Part shown: piece by piece, positions 19,972 through 28,310 of the stretch
Numbering within the stretch: position 1 is the stretch's first letter
Layout: each line of letters begins with the position of its first letter
The notes under the pieces: model-generated
Database searches by the model: none
The model's input: the letters and a program-made list of their open reading frames with translations, nothing else
Told to the model about the DNA's origin: nothing
Program-made: the position numbers and the translations under genes
NCBI GenBank assembly: GCA_965263035.1
Contig: OZ253580.1
Span: 928,001-992,000 of the forward strand
Length of the DNA stretch: 64,000 nt
Origin: Acidobacteriota bacterium
Lineage (GTDB): Bacteria; Acidobacteriota; UBA6911; RPQK01; JAJDTT01
Direction of reading: 5' to 3'

Positions 19972-20871
19972 TCAGGCCCGGGGATGGAACTTGTTGTAGA
20001 CCTTCTTCAGGCGCTCCCGGCTGACGTGGGTATAGATCTGGGTGGTGGAGATGTCGGCATGCCCCAGCATCACCTGGACCGCTCTCAAGTCGGCTCCATT
20101 TTCCAGCAGGTGAGTGGCAAAGCTGTGGCGCAGCACGTGAGGACTCAGCTTTCCGTCGATTGCCGCCCTCTTGCCGTAGTTCCGGGTCAATTTCCAGAAA
20201 TTCTGACGGGTCATGGGCCCGCCCCGCCGGGTCAGGAAGAGGAAGGGACTCGAGAAACGCTTGCGGAGAAAATAGGGCCTTGCCTCTCTCTGATAAGCAT
20301 CGACGAAATCCGCGGCCTCGTTCCCCAGGGGAACCAGTCGCTCCTTGCTCCCCTTTCCCATGGTCCGCAAGAAGCCCGCCTCCAGACTCACCTCGCGGAC
20401 CCGGATCTGGACCAGTTCCGTGACCCGCAGACCCGTGGCATAGAGGACCTCCAGCATGGTGCGGTCCCGCAAGCCGTACGGAGTGGAGAGATCCGGACCT
20501 TCCAGAAGGCGTTCGACCTCATCCGGCTCCAGATAGACCGGCAGTCTCCTCCAGAGCTTGGGCGATTCCAGGGTCTCTGTGGGATCCTTATCCACGTAGC
20601 CGTCCAAGAGTAGAAAACGGTAGAAGGACCGAAGGCTGACGATCTTACGCATGATGGAGGAGACCGAGAGCCGCTGGTGCAGGCGGCGCACAAAATCGAA
20701 CAGGTCCTGTCTTTCGGCCTGGTTCAACTCCAGTTCACGTTCTTCCAGGAAAGCGAGGAACCCCAGGAGATCCCGGCGATAGGCTTCGACCGTGTTGGGA
20801 GAGAGTCCCCGCTCCACGACCAGATAGTTGATATAGCTCTCGAAAGCCCGCCGGCGCGTTTCGTCCTTCAT
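19972..20871 (-). CDS. xerD: Site-specific tyrosine recombinase XerD
   Basis: Start MKDETRR overlapping the murJ stop; LYATGLRVTEL, GKGSKERLVP, SPHVLRHSFATH, LGHADISTTQIYTH, HPRA C-terminus. Confidence 0.92.
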   Translation of the reverse strand: MKDETRRRAFESYINYLVVERGLSPNTVEAYRRDLLGFLAFLEERELELNQAERQDLFDFVRRLHQRLSVSSIMRKIVSLRSFYRFLLLDGYVDKDPTETLESPKLWRRLPVYLEPDEVERLLEGPDLSTPYGLRDRTMLEVLYATGLRVTELVQIRVREVSLEAGFLRTMGKGSKERLVPLGNEAADFVDAYQREARPYFLRKRFSSPFLFLTRRGGPMTRQNFWKLTRNYGKRAAIDGKLSPHVLRHSFATHLLENGADLRAVQVMLGHADISTTQIYTHVSRERLKKVYNKFHPRA

Positions 20872-22475
20872 TTTCGCAGTCGGGCAAATAAGTGTCCGAC
20901 CTCCTCGACACCCAGGAGGCGGCAACAGACAAAATAGAAGAGAGCTCCGGCGCCGATGCATCCGAAGAGGGCCGCCGCGTCCCCCAGCCACGTGCTTCGT
21001 GCCATATCCAGTTGGAAATAGCTCCCCAGAAATCCGACCAGGATCCCCATGAGGATCGACGCCCCCAGGTTCTTGGCCACGGTGGAAGCCACTCGATGCG
21101 ACGCCGACGAGCCCACCCTGCGACCGAACGTACGGACCAGGAGAGCCAGATTCACCCAGACCGAAGCGGCCGTCCCCAGAGCCAGACCCAGATACTTGTG
21201 GTCGGGGGGAAGCAGCCAGATCAGGAGCAGGTTCACCGCCAGATTCGTGGCGACTGCGATCAGGCTGCTCCGCACCGGCGTCCGCGTGTCTCCCAGGGCG
21301 TAGAAGGTGGGGGCGTAGACCTTGATGCAGCTGTAGGCGAACAGCCCGAAGGAGTAGCAGATCAAGGCGGCAGCGGTCCTTTGCGTGGCCTCGGCGGTGA
21401 ACTCGCCGGTTTCGAAGAGCAGCCGGACGATGGGTCCGGCCAGGATCAGGAGCCCGACACCGGCGGGCAGAGCAATCAGCGAGACGGTCTTGACCGAATG
21501 GGCCACCATCGCCTTGAGCCCGTCCCACTCCTCGCGGGCGGCCGAAATCGACACCTCGCGAAGATTCACCACGCCCACCGCTACTCCGCAGAGGCCTATG
21601 GGCAGGTACATGATCCGAAAAGCGAAGTTGAGCCAGGAGATGGGTCCGTCGCCGCCCAGCCACGAGGCCAACTGCGTGTTGATCAGAACGTTGATCTGAA
21701 GCGCGCTGACTCCGAGCAGAGCCGGCGCTACCAGCCGCCCGATCCGGCGCAGCGCCGGGTGGCGGAAGTCGAGACCCAATCGGAATCGGTATCCCCGCCG
21801 GTAGAGGAGGGGGAACTGGACGGCACACTGGAGACCCCCACCCACCAGGGCCCCCAGAGCTACGGCATAGATGGCCAGGATCCCTTCGTACTCAAACCAG
21901 GGAACGACGAATATACAGAAAAAAATCAGAGCCAGATTGAACAGCGCCGGTGCCAGCGCGGGGACGAAATACCGATTCAGCGCGTTCAGCATCCCCATCA
22001 GGATTGAGGCCACGGAGACGAAGATCAGGAAGGGGGATAGAATCCGAACCAAGTGGGAGGTGACCTCGAGCTTGCCTGGATCGCTGGCAAATCCCGCCGC
22101 CAGCAGGTAGACCCAATAATCGGACAGGGCGAAGAACACGACCGCCAGCAGCCCCAGAACGAAGAGCAGTGTGCTGACCACCAGATTGGCCAGGCGCCAT
22201 GCTTCTGCTTGGCCCTGCTTGCGAAGGATCTCCGTGAAGGTAGGGACGAACGCCGAGCTCAATGCTCCTTCGGCGACGAGGTCGCGGAAGAGATTGGGTA
22301 TCCGGAACGCCACGTTGTAGGCGTCCATGTAGGCCCCGGCTCCGAAGAGCCGCGCCAAGAACCGGTCCCGGACCAGACCCAGTATCCGGCTGAGTAGAAC
22401 GGCGGCGCTGATGCTCCGGGCGGCTCGAGTCGACCGAATCCTTCGTTGGGACTCCTGATTGTCGGCTTGGACCAT
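20868..22475 (-). CDS. murJ: Lipid II flippase MurJ (MviN)
   Basis: SRILGLVRD, AFRIPNLFRDLVAEGALSSAFVP, FYALGDTRTP. Confidence 0.95.
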   Translation of the reverse strand: MVQADNQESQRRIRSTRAARSISAAVLLSRILGLVRDRFLARLFGAGAYMDAYNVAFRIPNLFRDLVAEGALSSAFVPTFTEILRKQGQAEAWRLANLVVSTLLFVLGLLAVVFFALSDYWVYLLAAGFASDPGKLEVTSHLVRILSPFLIFVSVASILMGMLNALNRYFVPALAPALFNLALIFFCIFVVPWFEYEGILAIYAVALGALVGGGLQCAVQFPLLYRRGYRFRLGLDFRHPALRRIGRLVAPALLGVSALQINVLINTQLASWLGGDGPISWLNFAFRIMYLPIGLCGVAVGVVNLREVSISAAREEWDGLKAMVAHSVKTVSLIALPAGVGLLILAGPIVRLLFETGEFTAEATQRTAAALICYSFGLFAYSCIKVYAPTFYALGDTRTPVRSSLIAVATNLAVNLLLIWLLPPDHKYLGLALGTAASVWVNLALLVRTFGRRVGSSASHRVASTVAKNLGASILMGILVGFLGSYFQLDMARSTWLGDAAALFGCIGAGALFYFVCCRLLGVEEVGHLFARLRK

Positions 22476-22586
22476 CCCGCGGTCACTTGATTGAGGGAAT
22501 CGAAACCGGCGCTACAAAACGCGCCATCCCGCGGTTACGCTATCATTCTCATCTGACCCGCAAGTTCGGATATCACGGAGTCCGGA

Positions 22587-23618
22587 ATGAAGCTTGGAGA
22601 TCTCGCCCGGGAACTGAACTGCGAGCTCCGGGGATCGCCTGAAACCGAGATCGACGGGGTAGCCGGAATCGAGGAGGCGACGCCGACCCAACTCACGTTC
22701 GTCTCCAATCCCAAGTACTACTCCAAGATCCCGTCGACTCGAGCCGGAGCCATCATCGTGTCGCGGGACGCGCCCGATACCGGGCATCCGACCCTTCTCA
22801 GCGACAATCCTTACCTGGCATTCGCTCGTGCCATCCCCCTCTTCTACCGGCCCCCTTCCGTCACTCCGGGAATCCACCCCACGGCCATCATCGCCGAGAC
22901 CGCCAAACTGGGAGAGGACCACTCCATTGGAGCCCACACGGTCATCGGCGACGGAGTCCGAGTGGGCCGCAACGCCGTAATCTACCCCAACGTGGTCATC
23001 TATCCCCACACCCGAATCGGCGACGACTTCGTGGCCCATTCCAACGCCGTGGTCCGCGAGCATTGCCGGCTGGGGGACCGGGTGATCCTCCAGAACGGGG
23101 CCGTCATCGGAGGCGATGGATTCGGGTTCGCTCCCCGGGCCGACGGCAGCTATTTCAAGATGGTCCAGTCGGGGGTGGTGATTCTGGAAAACGACGTGGA
23201 GGTGGGCGCCAACGCCTGCATCGACCGGGGAACCGTGGGTGAGACCCGAATCGGGAAAGGGACGAAAATCGACAATCTGGTCCAGATCGGACACGGTTCG
23301 ACCCTCGGGTCCCACAATATCCTAGCGTCCCAGACCGGACTCGCCGGGACCACCACCATCGGGAACCACGTGACCCTGGCGGGGCAGGTGGGCGTGGCCG
23401 GCCATCTGAAGATCGGAGACCGGGTCGTGGCGACGGCGCAGACCGGAATCGGGCGGGACGTTGCCCCGGGGAGCGTCGTCTCCGGATCACCGGAGATGGA
23501 GACCACACTCTGGAAACGGAACTACATCCTGATGCACCGTTTCCCCGAGCTGGTGAAGACGGTCAGACGGATTCAGAAGGAACTGGCGGAACTCCGCAAG
23601 TCCCTGATCGGCCGGTAG
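22587..23618 (+). CDS. lpxD: UDP-3-O-(3-hydroxyacyl)glucosamine N-acyltransferase
   Basis: Hexapeptide repeats, IGGDGFGF, IDRG, KIDNLVQIGH, GQVGVAGH. Confidence 0.95.
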   Translation: MKLGDLARELNCELRGSPETEIDGVAGIEEATPTQLTFVSNPKYYSKIPSTRAGAIIVSRDAPDTGHPTLLSDNPYLAFARAIPLFYRPPSVTPGIHPTAIIAETAKLGEDHSIGAHTVIGDGVRVGRNAVIYPNVVIYPHTRIGDDFVAHSNAVVREHCRLGDRVILQNGAVIGGDGFGFAPRADGSYFKMVQSGVVILENDVEVGANACIDRGTVGETRIGKGTKIDNLVQIGHGSTLGSHNILASQTGLAGTTTIGNHVTLAGQVGVAGHLKIGDRVVATAQTGIGRDVAPGSVVSGSPEMETTLWKRNYILMHRFPELVKTVRRIQKELAELRKSLIGR

Positions 23619-23657
23619 TGTGGACCCTCTCAGGCAGTCAATTGCCGAAACCGCGGG

Positions 23658-23921
23658 TCAGTAATGATAGCGTGCCTGGAGGAACCGGACCTCGTTCTCC
23701 GAGACTTCGTAGACGACCCGGTGTTCTTGGGTCAAGCGGTGTGCCCACAATCCGGCCAGTTCACGCTTGAGTGGTTCCGGTTTGCCGCTGCCCCCAAAGG
23801 GGGACCTCAGGACCATGTGGACAAGGCGGAACAAACGGAGGGCGGTTCTGCGGTCGGTGCGCACCCAATATTCCATGTCCTGTAGGAAATGTGTTGCGAA
23901 GAGGGCTCGCCGGTCAGTCAT
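23658..23921 (-). CDS. yoeB: Txe/YoeB family toxin
   Basis: GKPEPLK, RLTQEHRVVY, C-terminal RYHY. Confidence 0.9.
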   Translation of the reverse strand: MTDRRALFATHFLQDMEYWVRTDRRTALRLFRLVHMVLRSPFGGSGKPEPLKRELAGLWAHRLTQEHRVVYEVSENEVRFLQARYHY

Positions 23922-24195
23922 CTAGAGCGAACTTGCTTCGGAGCTCCGCAACAGTCATCACGACACCATTCCCGGACCGAACTTCTTCAATCGAATCGAG
24001 TCGTCGTCGAGCATTCTCGGGGGACCGTAACAGATGAGCTGTTTCTTCCAGCCCGGCCAACTCTTCCAGACTGACCAGGGCCACATCGGCGCCCCTACGG
24101 CGCTTGATGATCAGCGGTTCTCCGGTTTCGGCGACCCGGTCACAGTGGTTCTTGAGGCGGGCACGGAGGTCGGAATAGGTGGTTACTCGAGGCAT
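23914..24195 (-). CDS. yefM: Phd/YefM family antitoxin
   Basis: TYSDLRARLK, LEETAHLLRSPENARR; overlaps the toxin start. Confidence 0.9.
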   Translation of the reverse strand: MPRVTTYSDLRARLKNHCDRVAETGEPLIIKRRRGADVALVSLEELAGLEETAHLLRSPENARRRLDSIEEVRSGNGVVMTVAELRSKFALDD

Positions 24196-24201
24196 TTTAG
24201 G

Positions 24202-24231
24202 ATTGCACAAGACTCCGTACAGATATGTGAA
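24202..24231 (-). promoter_or_regulatory. Putative yefM-yoeB promoter/operator
   Basis: TTCACA-N18-TGCAAT lying 6 nt before the ATG; two degenerate TGTACA hexamers (24204-24209, 24216-24221) 12 bp apart, as in the E. coli yefM-yoeB operator. Confidence 0.5.
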
Positions 24232-24288
24232 CGAATCCGGAATCGTCGACCCCGGCGGGTGCGCCCGCGAGCCGATCTTGTGGCTTAA

Positions 24289-24446
24289 CAGCCCGTGGCA
24301 AAAGTCCTCACGGCATTCGACCGTCCCTGCATCCCGGCAGACTGCGTTGCGACTCGGTCACATACTCCCGGTATGCTCCCTCATCGCGTCTGGTCCGGCG
24401 GGCGCAGGAACGGTCTCGGTGCTCGCGGGACTTTCACCACGGACTG
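24289..24446 (-). mobile_element. ~160-bp MITE, copy 3 (inverted)
   Basis: Reverse complement of copies 1 and 2; TTAA at 24285-24288 and 24447-24450. Confidence 0.85.
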
Positions 24447-24628
24447 TTAACTTTGGAGATCCGAACTCAGAGCGAACCCGATCCTCTCGTGGAAGGACTC
24501 TATCTGCGGCGGGCATCGAGAAGATCCGTTCCTGTAACCCTTCGGCCAGACTTCGGATATGGGGTTCGCACTCGCCTTGGGCTGCGGGTTGCCGACCTCC
24601 AAAAATCCGGGTTAGACTGTGAAAAGTC

Positions 24629-25870
24629 ATGACTTATGCAGAATCGTTCCAGCGAAGAGAGTTTCTGAAACGAGGTGGCGCCGTGGCAGCGGTCCTCTCG
24701 GCGGCTCCGCTTGGAGCGCAGTACAACGGCGACCCCGGCGAGCCCAATTCCCACACCCAGCCGGCGCCGAATCGCCGGGACATCGTTATCTACCGCGACC
24801 CCTTCGCTTATTGCTCCCATGCCTCCATCGTGTGCCTGGCCAACGGGGAGTGGATCACTGCGTTCAACGAGTGCCAGAGAGTCACTCCGTACACCCACCC
24901 GCCCGGTGATCCCCATTTCCACAATCTGATCTCCCGTTCCGACGACGAGGGCCGCACCTGGAGCCCTCCGGAGGCGGCGCCCAACTGGGACTGGTACGGG
25001 GTCGAGTGCCCGGGCCTGGCCCAACTTCGGGACGGGACGGTGGTCCTGAACCAGTGGCAGTTCCTCTGGTATCCCCTGGCCCAGGGGAGGAAACTCGCAT
25101 CCCGGGGAGAGGAGATCTGGCTCAGAACCAGTCGGGAACGGGGTTGGCTACCGGCAGCTTCCGACTCCGATTTCAGCCGCAGCCTCTATCCCTGGGCCCG
25201 GGCCAACGGCGGCTGCTACGTCCACTTGAGCTCCGACGGAGGCCGGACCTGGGACCGAACGGTCCGGATCCCCACCGAACCCTACATGGGAGGCTACACG
25301 CCCCGGGGCGCGGCTCAACTGGAGGACGGAAGTGTCCTCATGGTCACTGCGGACCACCCGCGGAATCGTACGGCCTATGCGGTGCGATCCCGGGACGGCG
25401 GTTTGACCTGGAGCCGTCCGGTGGTCGTCGGAACGGTGGTCGAAGGTGATTTTTCCGAACCCACAGCGGCAGTCCTTCCCAGCGGGAAGGTGGTGGCCAT
25501 GATTCGCACCAGCACCCGCTACCTGCACCAGAGCGAGTCCTCGGACAATGGATCCACCTGGACCCCCGTCCGCAAGACCCGCGTCTGGGGCTATCCGGGG
25601 CATCTTCTGCACCTTTCCGACGGCCGGCTGTTGGTCACTTACGGCCATCGCCGCTCGCCCTTCGGGATCCGAGCCTGCCAGAGCCGAGACGGCGGTCAGA
25701 CCTGGGACTACGAGCAGGAGTTCCTGATCCGGGGCGATTTCCCGAACCGGAATCTGGGCTACCCGGTGACCATCGAATACCGGCCGGGGCATCTGTTCAC
25801 CATCTACTACGGTGAAGAACCAGACGGGGTCACCAGCATTCAGGGCTCCTACTGGGAGATTCCCGCTTAG
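24629..25870 (+). CDS. Tat-exported BNR/Asp-box (sialidase-like) protein
   Basis: QRREFLK Tat motif; SxDxGxTW repeated five times; NLGYP. Confidence 0.85.
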   Translation: MTYAESFQRREFLKRGGAVAAVLSAAPLGAQYNGDPGEPNSHTQPAPNRRDIVIYRDPFAYCSHASIVCLANGEWITAFNECQRVTPYTHPPGDPHFHNLISRSDDEGRTWSPPEAAPNWDWYGVECPGLAQLRDGTVVLNQWQFLWYPLAQGRKLASRGEEIWLRTSRERGWLPAASDSDFSRSLYPWARANGGCYVHLSSDGGRTWDRTVRIPTEPYMGGYTPRGAAQLEDGSVLMVTADHPRNRTAYAVRSRDGGLTWSRPVVVGTVVEGDFSEPTAAVLPSGKVVAMIRTSTRYLHQSESSDNGSTWTPVRKTRVWGYPGHLLHLSDGRLLVTYGHRRSPFGIRACQSRDGGQTWDYEQEFLIRGDFPNRNLGYPVTIEYRPGHLFTIYYGEEPDGVTSIQGSYWEIPA

Positions 25871-25874
25871 CCTC

Positions 25875-28241
25875 ATGTCTGAAGTCCGCCCATTTCGGTT
25901 GCTGGCGGCGAGGCGTGTCACCGCCAGTTCCGTTGGCGCGGCGATGCGGACCGCTCTGGTGGCAGCTTTCATTCTGGGACACTCCCAACTTCTTCTGCCG
26001 GTCCAGACTTCGGATCCCAAGAAACCACACCATCACCATCCGAAACCGGCAATACAGGACAAGGGGGTCCACCCAGCGGTCGATCGGGATCTCTCCCCGG
26101 GACACCGGCGCATGCTCCAGGTTCTTCGGAAGATAGCCGTCGAGACGGCTAGCAAGAATCCCTACCAGGGAGACAGCGTCGTGCGCGACTACCGGCGCCA
26201 ACTGGAGGAGTTGGAACAGAGCGCCTCCGACCCGGACACTCCCTCCTATTGGAAGAACCTGAACCGCTGGGACATCCTGCTGGACCTGGGAGTCGCCGAG
26301 GTGCGGCTCGGCGAGGAGGAGGCAGGCGTTGAGCACCTGAAAGCCGCCTACGAACTCCTGCCCGAAGTCCGCACCCATCTCCAGCGGACCAAGGTGGACC
26401 AGACCATCTTCGAGTTGGGCGTGGCCTACATGCGAATGGGGGAGACCCAGAACTGCACCGTCCAGCACGGTCCCGAGCGCTGCATACTCCCTCTACGGGG
26501 AGAAGGAATCCACTCCCTCCCGCAGGGATCCACCCGGGCCATTCGGTATTTTACCGAGATGCTGGACAACTCTTCTCCGGAAGAGGGCTACGGCTACTAT
26601 TACCCGTCCCTTTGGCTCCTCAACATCGCCTACATGACGCTGGACCAGTACCCGGACGGCGTTCCGGCCCGCTATCGGATCCCCGAATCGACCTTCCAGT
26701 CCAAAGTCCCGTTCCGGCGCTTCCGCAACATCGCCCTGAAACTGGGAACCAGCAGCTTCAATCTGGCCGGTGGGGCCATCGTGGACGATTTCGACGGGGA
26801 CGGTTACCTGGACATCCTCACCTCTACTTGGGACGCCTCCGGCCCGATGCGCTACTTTCGCAACAGCGGAGACGGGACCTTTCGGGAGAGGTCTCGGGAG
26901 GCGGATCTGGAGGGACTCTGGGGAGGCCTCAATATGCTCCAGGCCGACTACGACAATGACGGGCACCTGGACGTCCTGGTCCTGCGCGGGGCCTGGTGCG
27001 GCGTGGAGGGGCAGCACCCCAACTCCCTCTTGAGGAACCGGGGGGACGGCAGTTTCCAGGACGTGACCTTCGATGCCGGCCTGGCGGAGGTCTCTTATCC
27101 AACCCAAGTGGCCGGCTGGGCCGACTACGACAACGACGGCGATCTGGACCTGTTCATCGGAAACGAATCTCTGAGGGATTACCAGGCCCCCTGGCAGTTG
27201 TTCCAAAACCAGGGGAACGGCACGTTTCAGGACGTGGCGGAGCAGGCCGGCGTCAAGGGCTACGCCTTTACCAAGGGAGTCTCCTGGGGAGATTACGATG
27301 GAGACCGCTATCCGGATCTGTACGTCTCCAACTACCGGGACCCGAACCGGCTTTACCGGAACCGGGGAGACGGAACCTTCGAAGACGTCACCAGGACGCT
27401 GGATGTCGGGCGTCCCAGCGAGAGCTTTCCGGCCTGGTTCTGGGACTACAACAACGACGGGCATCTGGACCTGTTCGTCTCCAGCTACGCGGGTCACATC
27501 GGTCACCAGGCCTCCTACCGTCTGGGACTCTCCCCGGATTTCGAAAAAGCCTGTCTCTACGAGGGAGACGGACGAGGCGGCTTTCGGGACGTGGTCCGAG
27601 AGCGGAACCTGACCGTACCCATGCAGCCCATGGGATCCAACTTCGGAGATCTCGACAACGACGGCTACCTGGACTTTTACCTGGGAACCGGGGATCCCAG
27701 TCTCGCCAGCATCGTCCCCAACCTCATGTTCCTGAACCAGGCGGGCCAGGGGTTCGAGGACGTGACCATAGCGGGGGGATTCGGTCATCTTCAGAAGGGT
27801 CACGGCGTCGCCTTCGCCGATCTGGACAACGACGGTGACCTGGACGTCTTCGAGCAGATGGGAGGCGCCTTCCCGGTGGACGCCTTCAGCGACGCCCTCT
27901 ACGAGAACCCCGGCAACGACAATCACTGGCTGGCCATCCAGCTGGTGGGCCGGGAGTCCAACGCTTCGGCCATCGGCGCTCGGATCCGGGTGCGGATCGA
28001 GGAATCGGGCGCCACCCGATTCATTTACCGTCACGTCAACAGCGGGGGAAGCTTCGGGGCCAACCCCTTGCGCCAGACCATCGGCCTGGGCCAGGCCAAC
28101 TCAGCCGCCGAGGTCGAGATCTTCTGGCCCCGGACCGGAAAGACCCAGCGTCTCGGCAAATTGAATTCGGGCCAACTGATCCGTGTCGTCGAGGGCAAGG
28201 AAGGATACGAGCAGCTACAGTTGAAGCGGCTGCGCTTCTGA
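25875..28241 (+). CDS. CRTAC1-like FG-GAP protein with ASPIC/UnbV domain and N-terminal helical domain
   Basis: DYDNDG repeats, GFGHLQKGHG, SGGSFGANPL; start uncertain. Confidence 0.88.
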   Translation: MSEVRPFRLLAARRVTASSVGAAMRTALVAAFILGHSQLLLPVQTSDPKKPHHHHPKPAIQDKGVHPAVDRDLSPGHRRMLQVLRKIAVETASKNPYQGDSVVRDYRRQLEELEQSASDPDTPSYWKNLNRWDILLDLGVAEVRLGEEEAGVEHLKAAYELLPEVRTHLQRTKVDQTIFELGVAYMRMGETQNCTVQHGPERCILPLRGEGIHSLPQGSTRAIRYFTEMLDNSSPEEGYGYYYPSLWLLNIAYMTLDQYPDGVPARYRIPESTFQSKVPFRRFRNIALKLGTSSFNLAGGAIVDDFDGDGYLDILTSTWDASGPMRYFRNSGDGTFRERSREADLEGLWGGLNMLQADYDNDGHLDVLVLRGAWCGVEGQHPNSLLRNRGDGSFQDVTFDAGLAEVSYPTQVAGWADYDNDGDLDLFIGNESLRDYQAPWQLFQNQGNGTFQDVAEQAGVKGYAFTKGVSWGDYDGDRYPDLYVSNYRDPNRLYRNRGDGTFEDVTRTLDVGRPSESFPAWFWDYNNDGHLDLFVSSYAGHIGHQASYRLGLSPDFEKACLYEGDGRGGFRDVVRERNLTVPMQPMGSNFGDLDNDGYLDFYLGTGDPSLASIVPNLMFLNQAGQGFEDVTIAGGFGHLQKGHGVAFADLDNDGDLDVFEQMGGAFPVDAFSDALYENPGNDNHWLAIQLVGRESNASAIGARIRVRIEESGATRFIYRHVNSGGSFGANPLRQTIGLGQANSAAEVEIFWPRTGKTQRLGKLNSGQLIRVVEGKEGYEQLQLKRLRF

Positions 28242-28310
28242 CGAGGGGCGGCCTGAAGCGGCGTCGCCCATTCTCCATCGGCCCGGCCACGGCCGTCGCA
28301 GACCCCAGGT

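Noticed and set aside
19972-21828. 618-aa ORF suggesting an N-terminally extended XerD or an integron integrase
   Set aside because: The extension is an alternate frame of murJ; the real protein is a standard 299-aa XerD, and no attC array is visible
1306-24446. Dispersed 160-bp repeats as CRISPR, tRNA or riboswitch
   Set aside because: No repeat-spacer periodicity and no cloverleaf; TIRs and TSDs indicate a MITE
24598-24616. CCAAAAATCCGGGTTAG resembling an IS1380-type end
   Set aside because: No partner end or transposase remnant found nearby; too short to support
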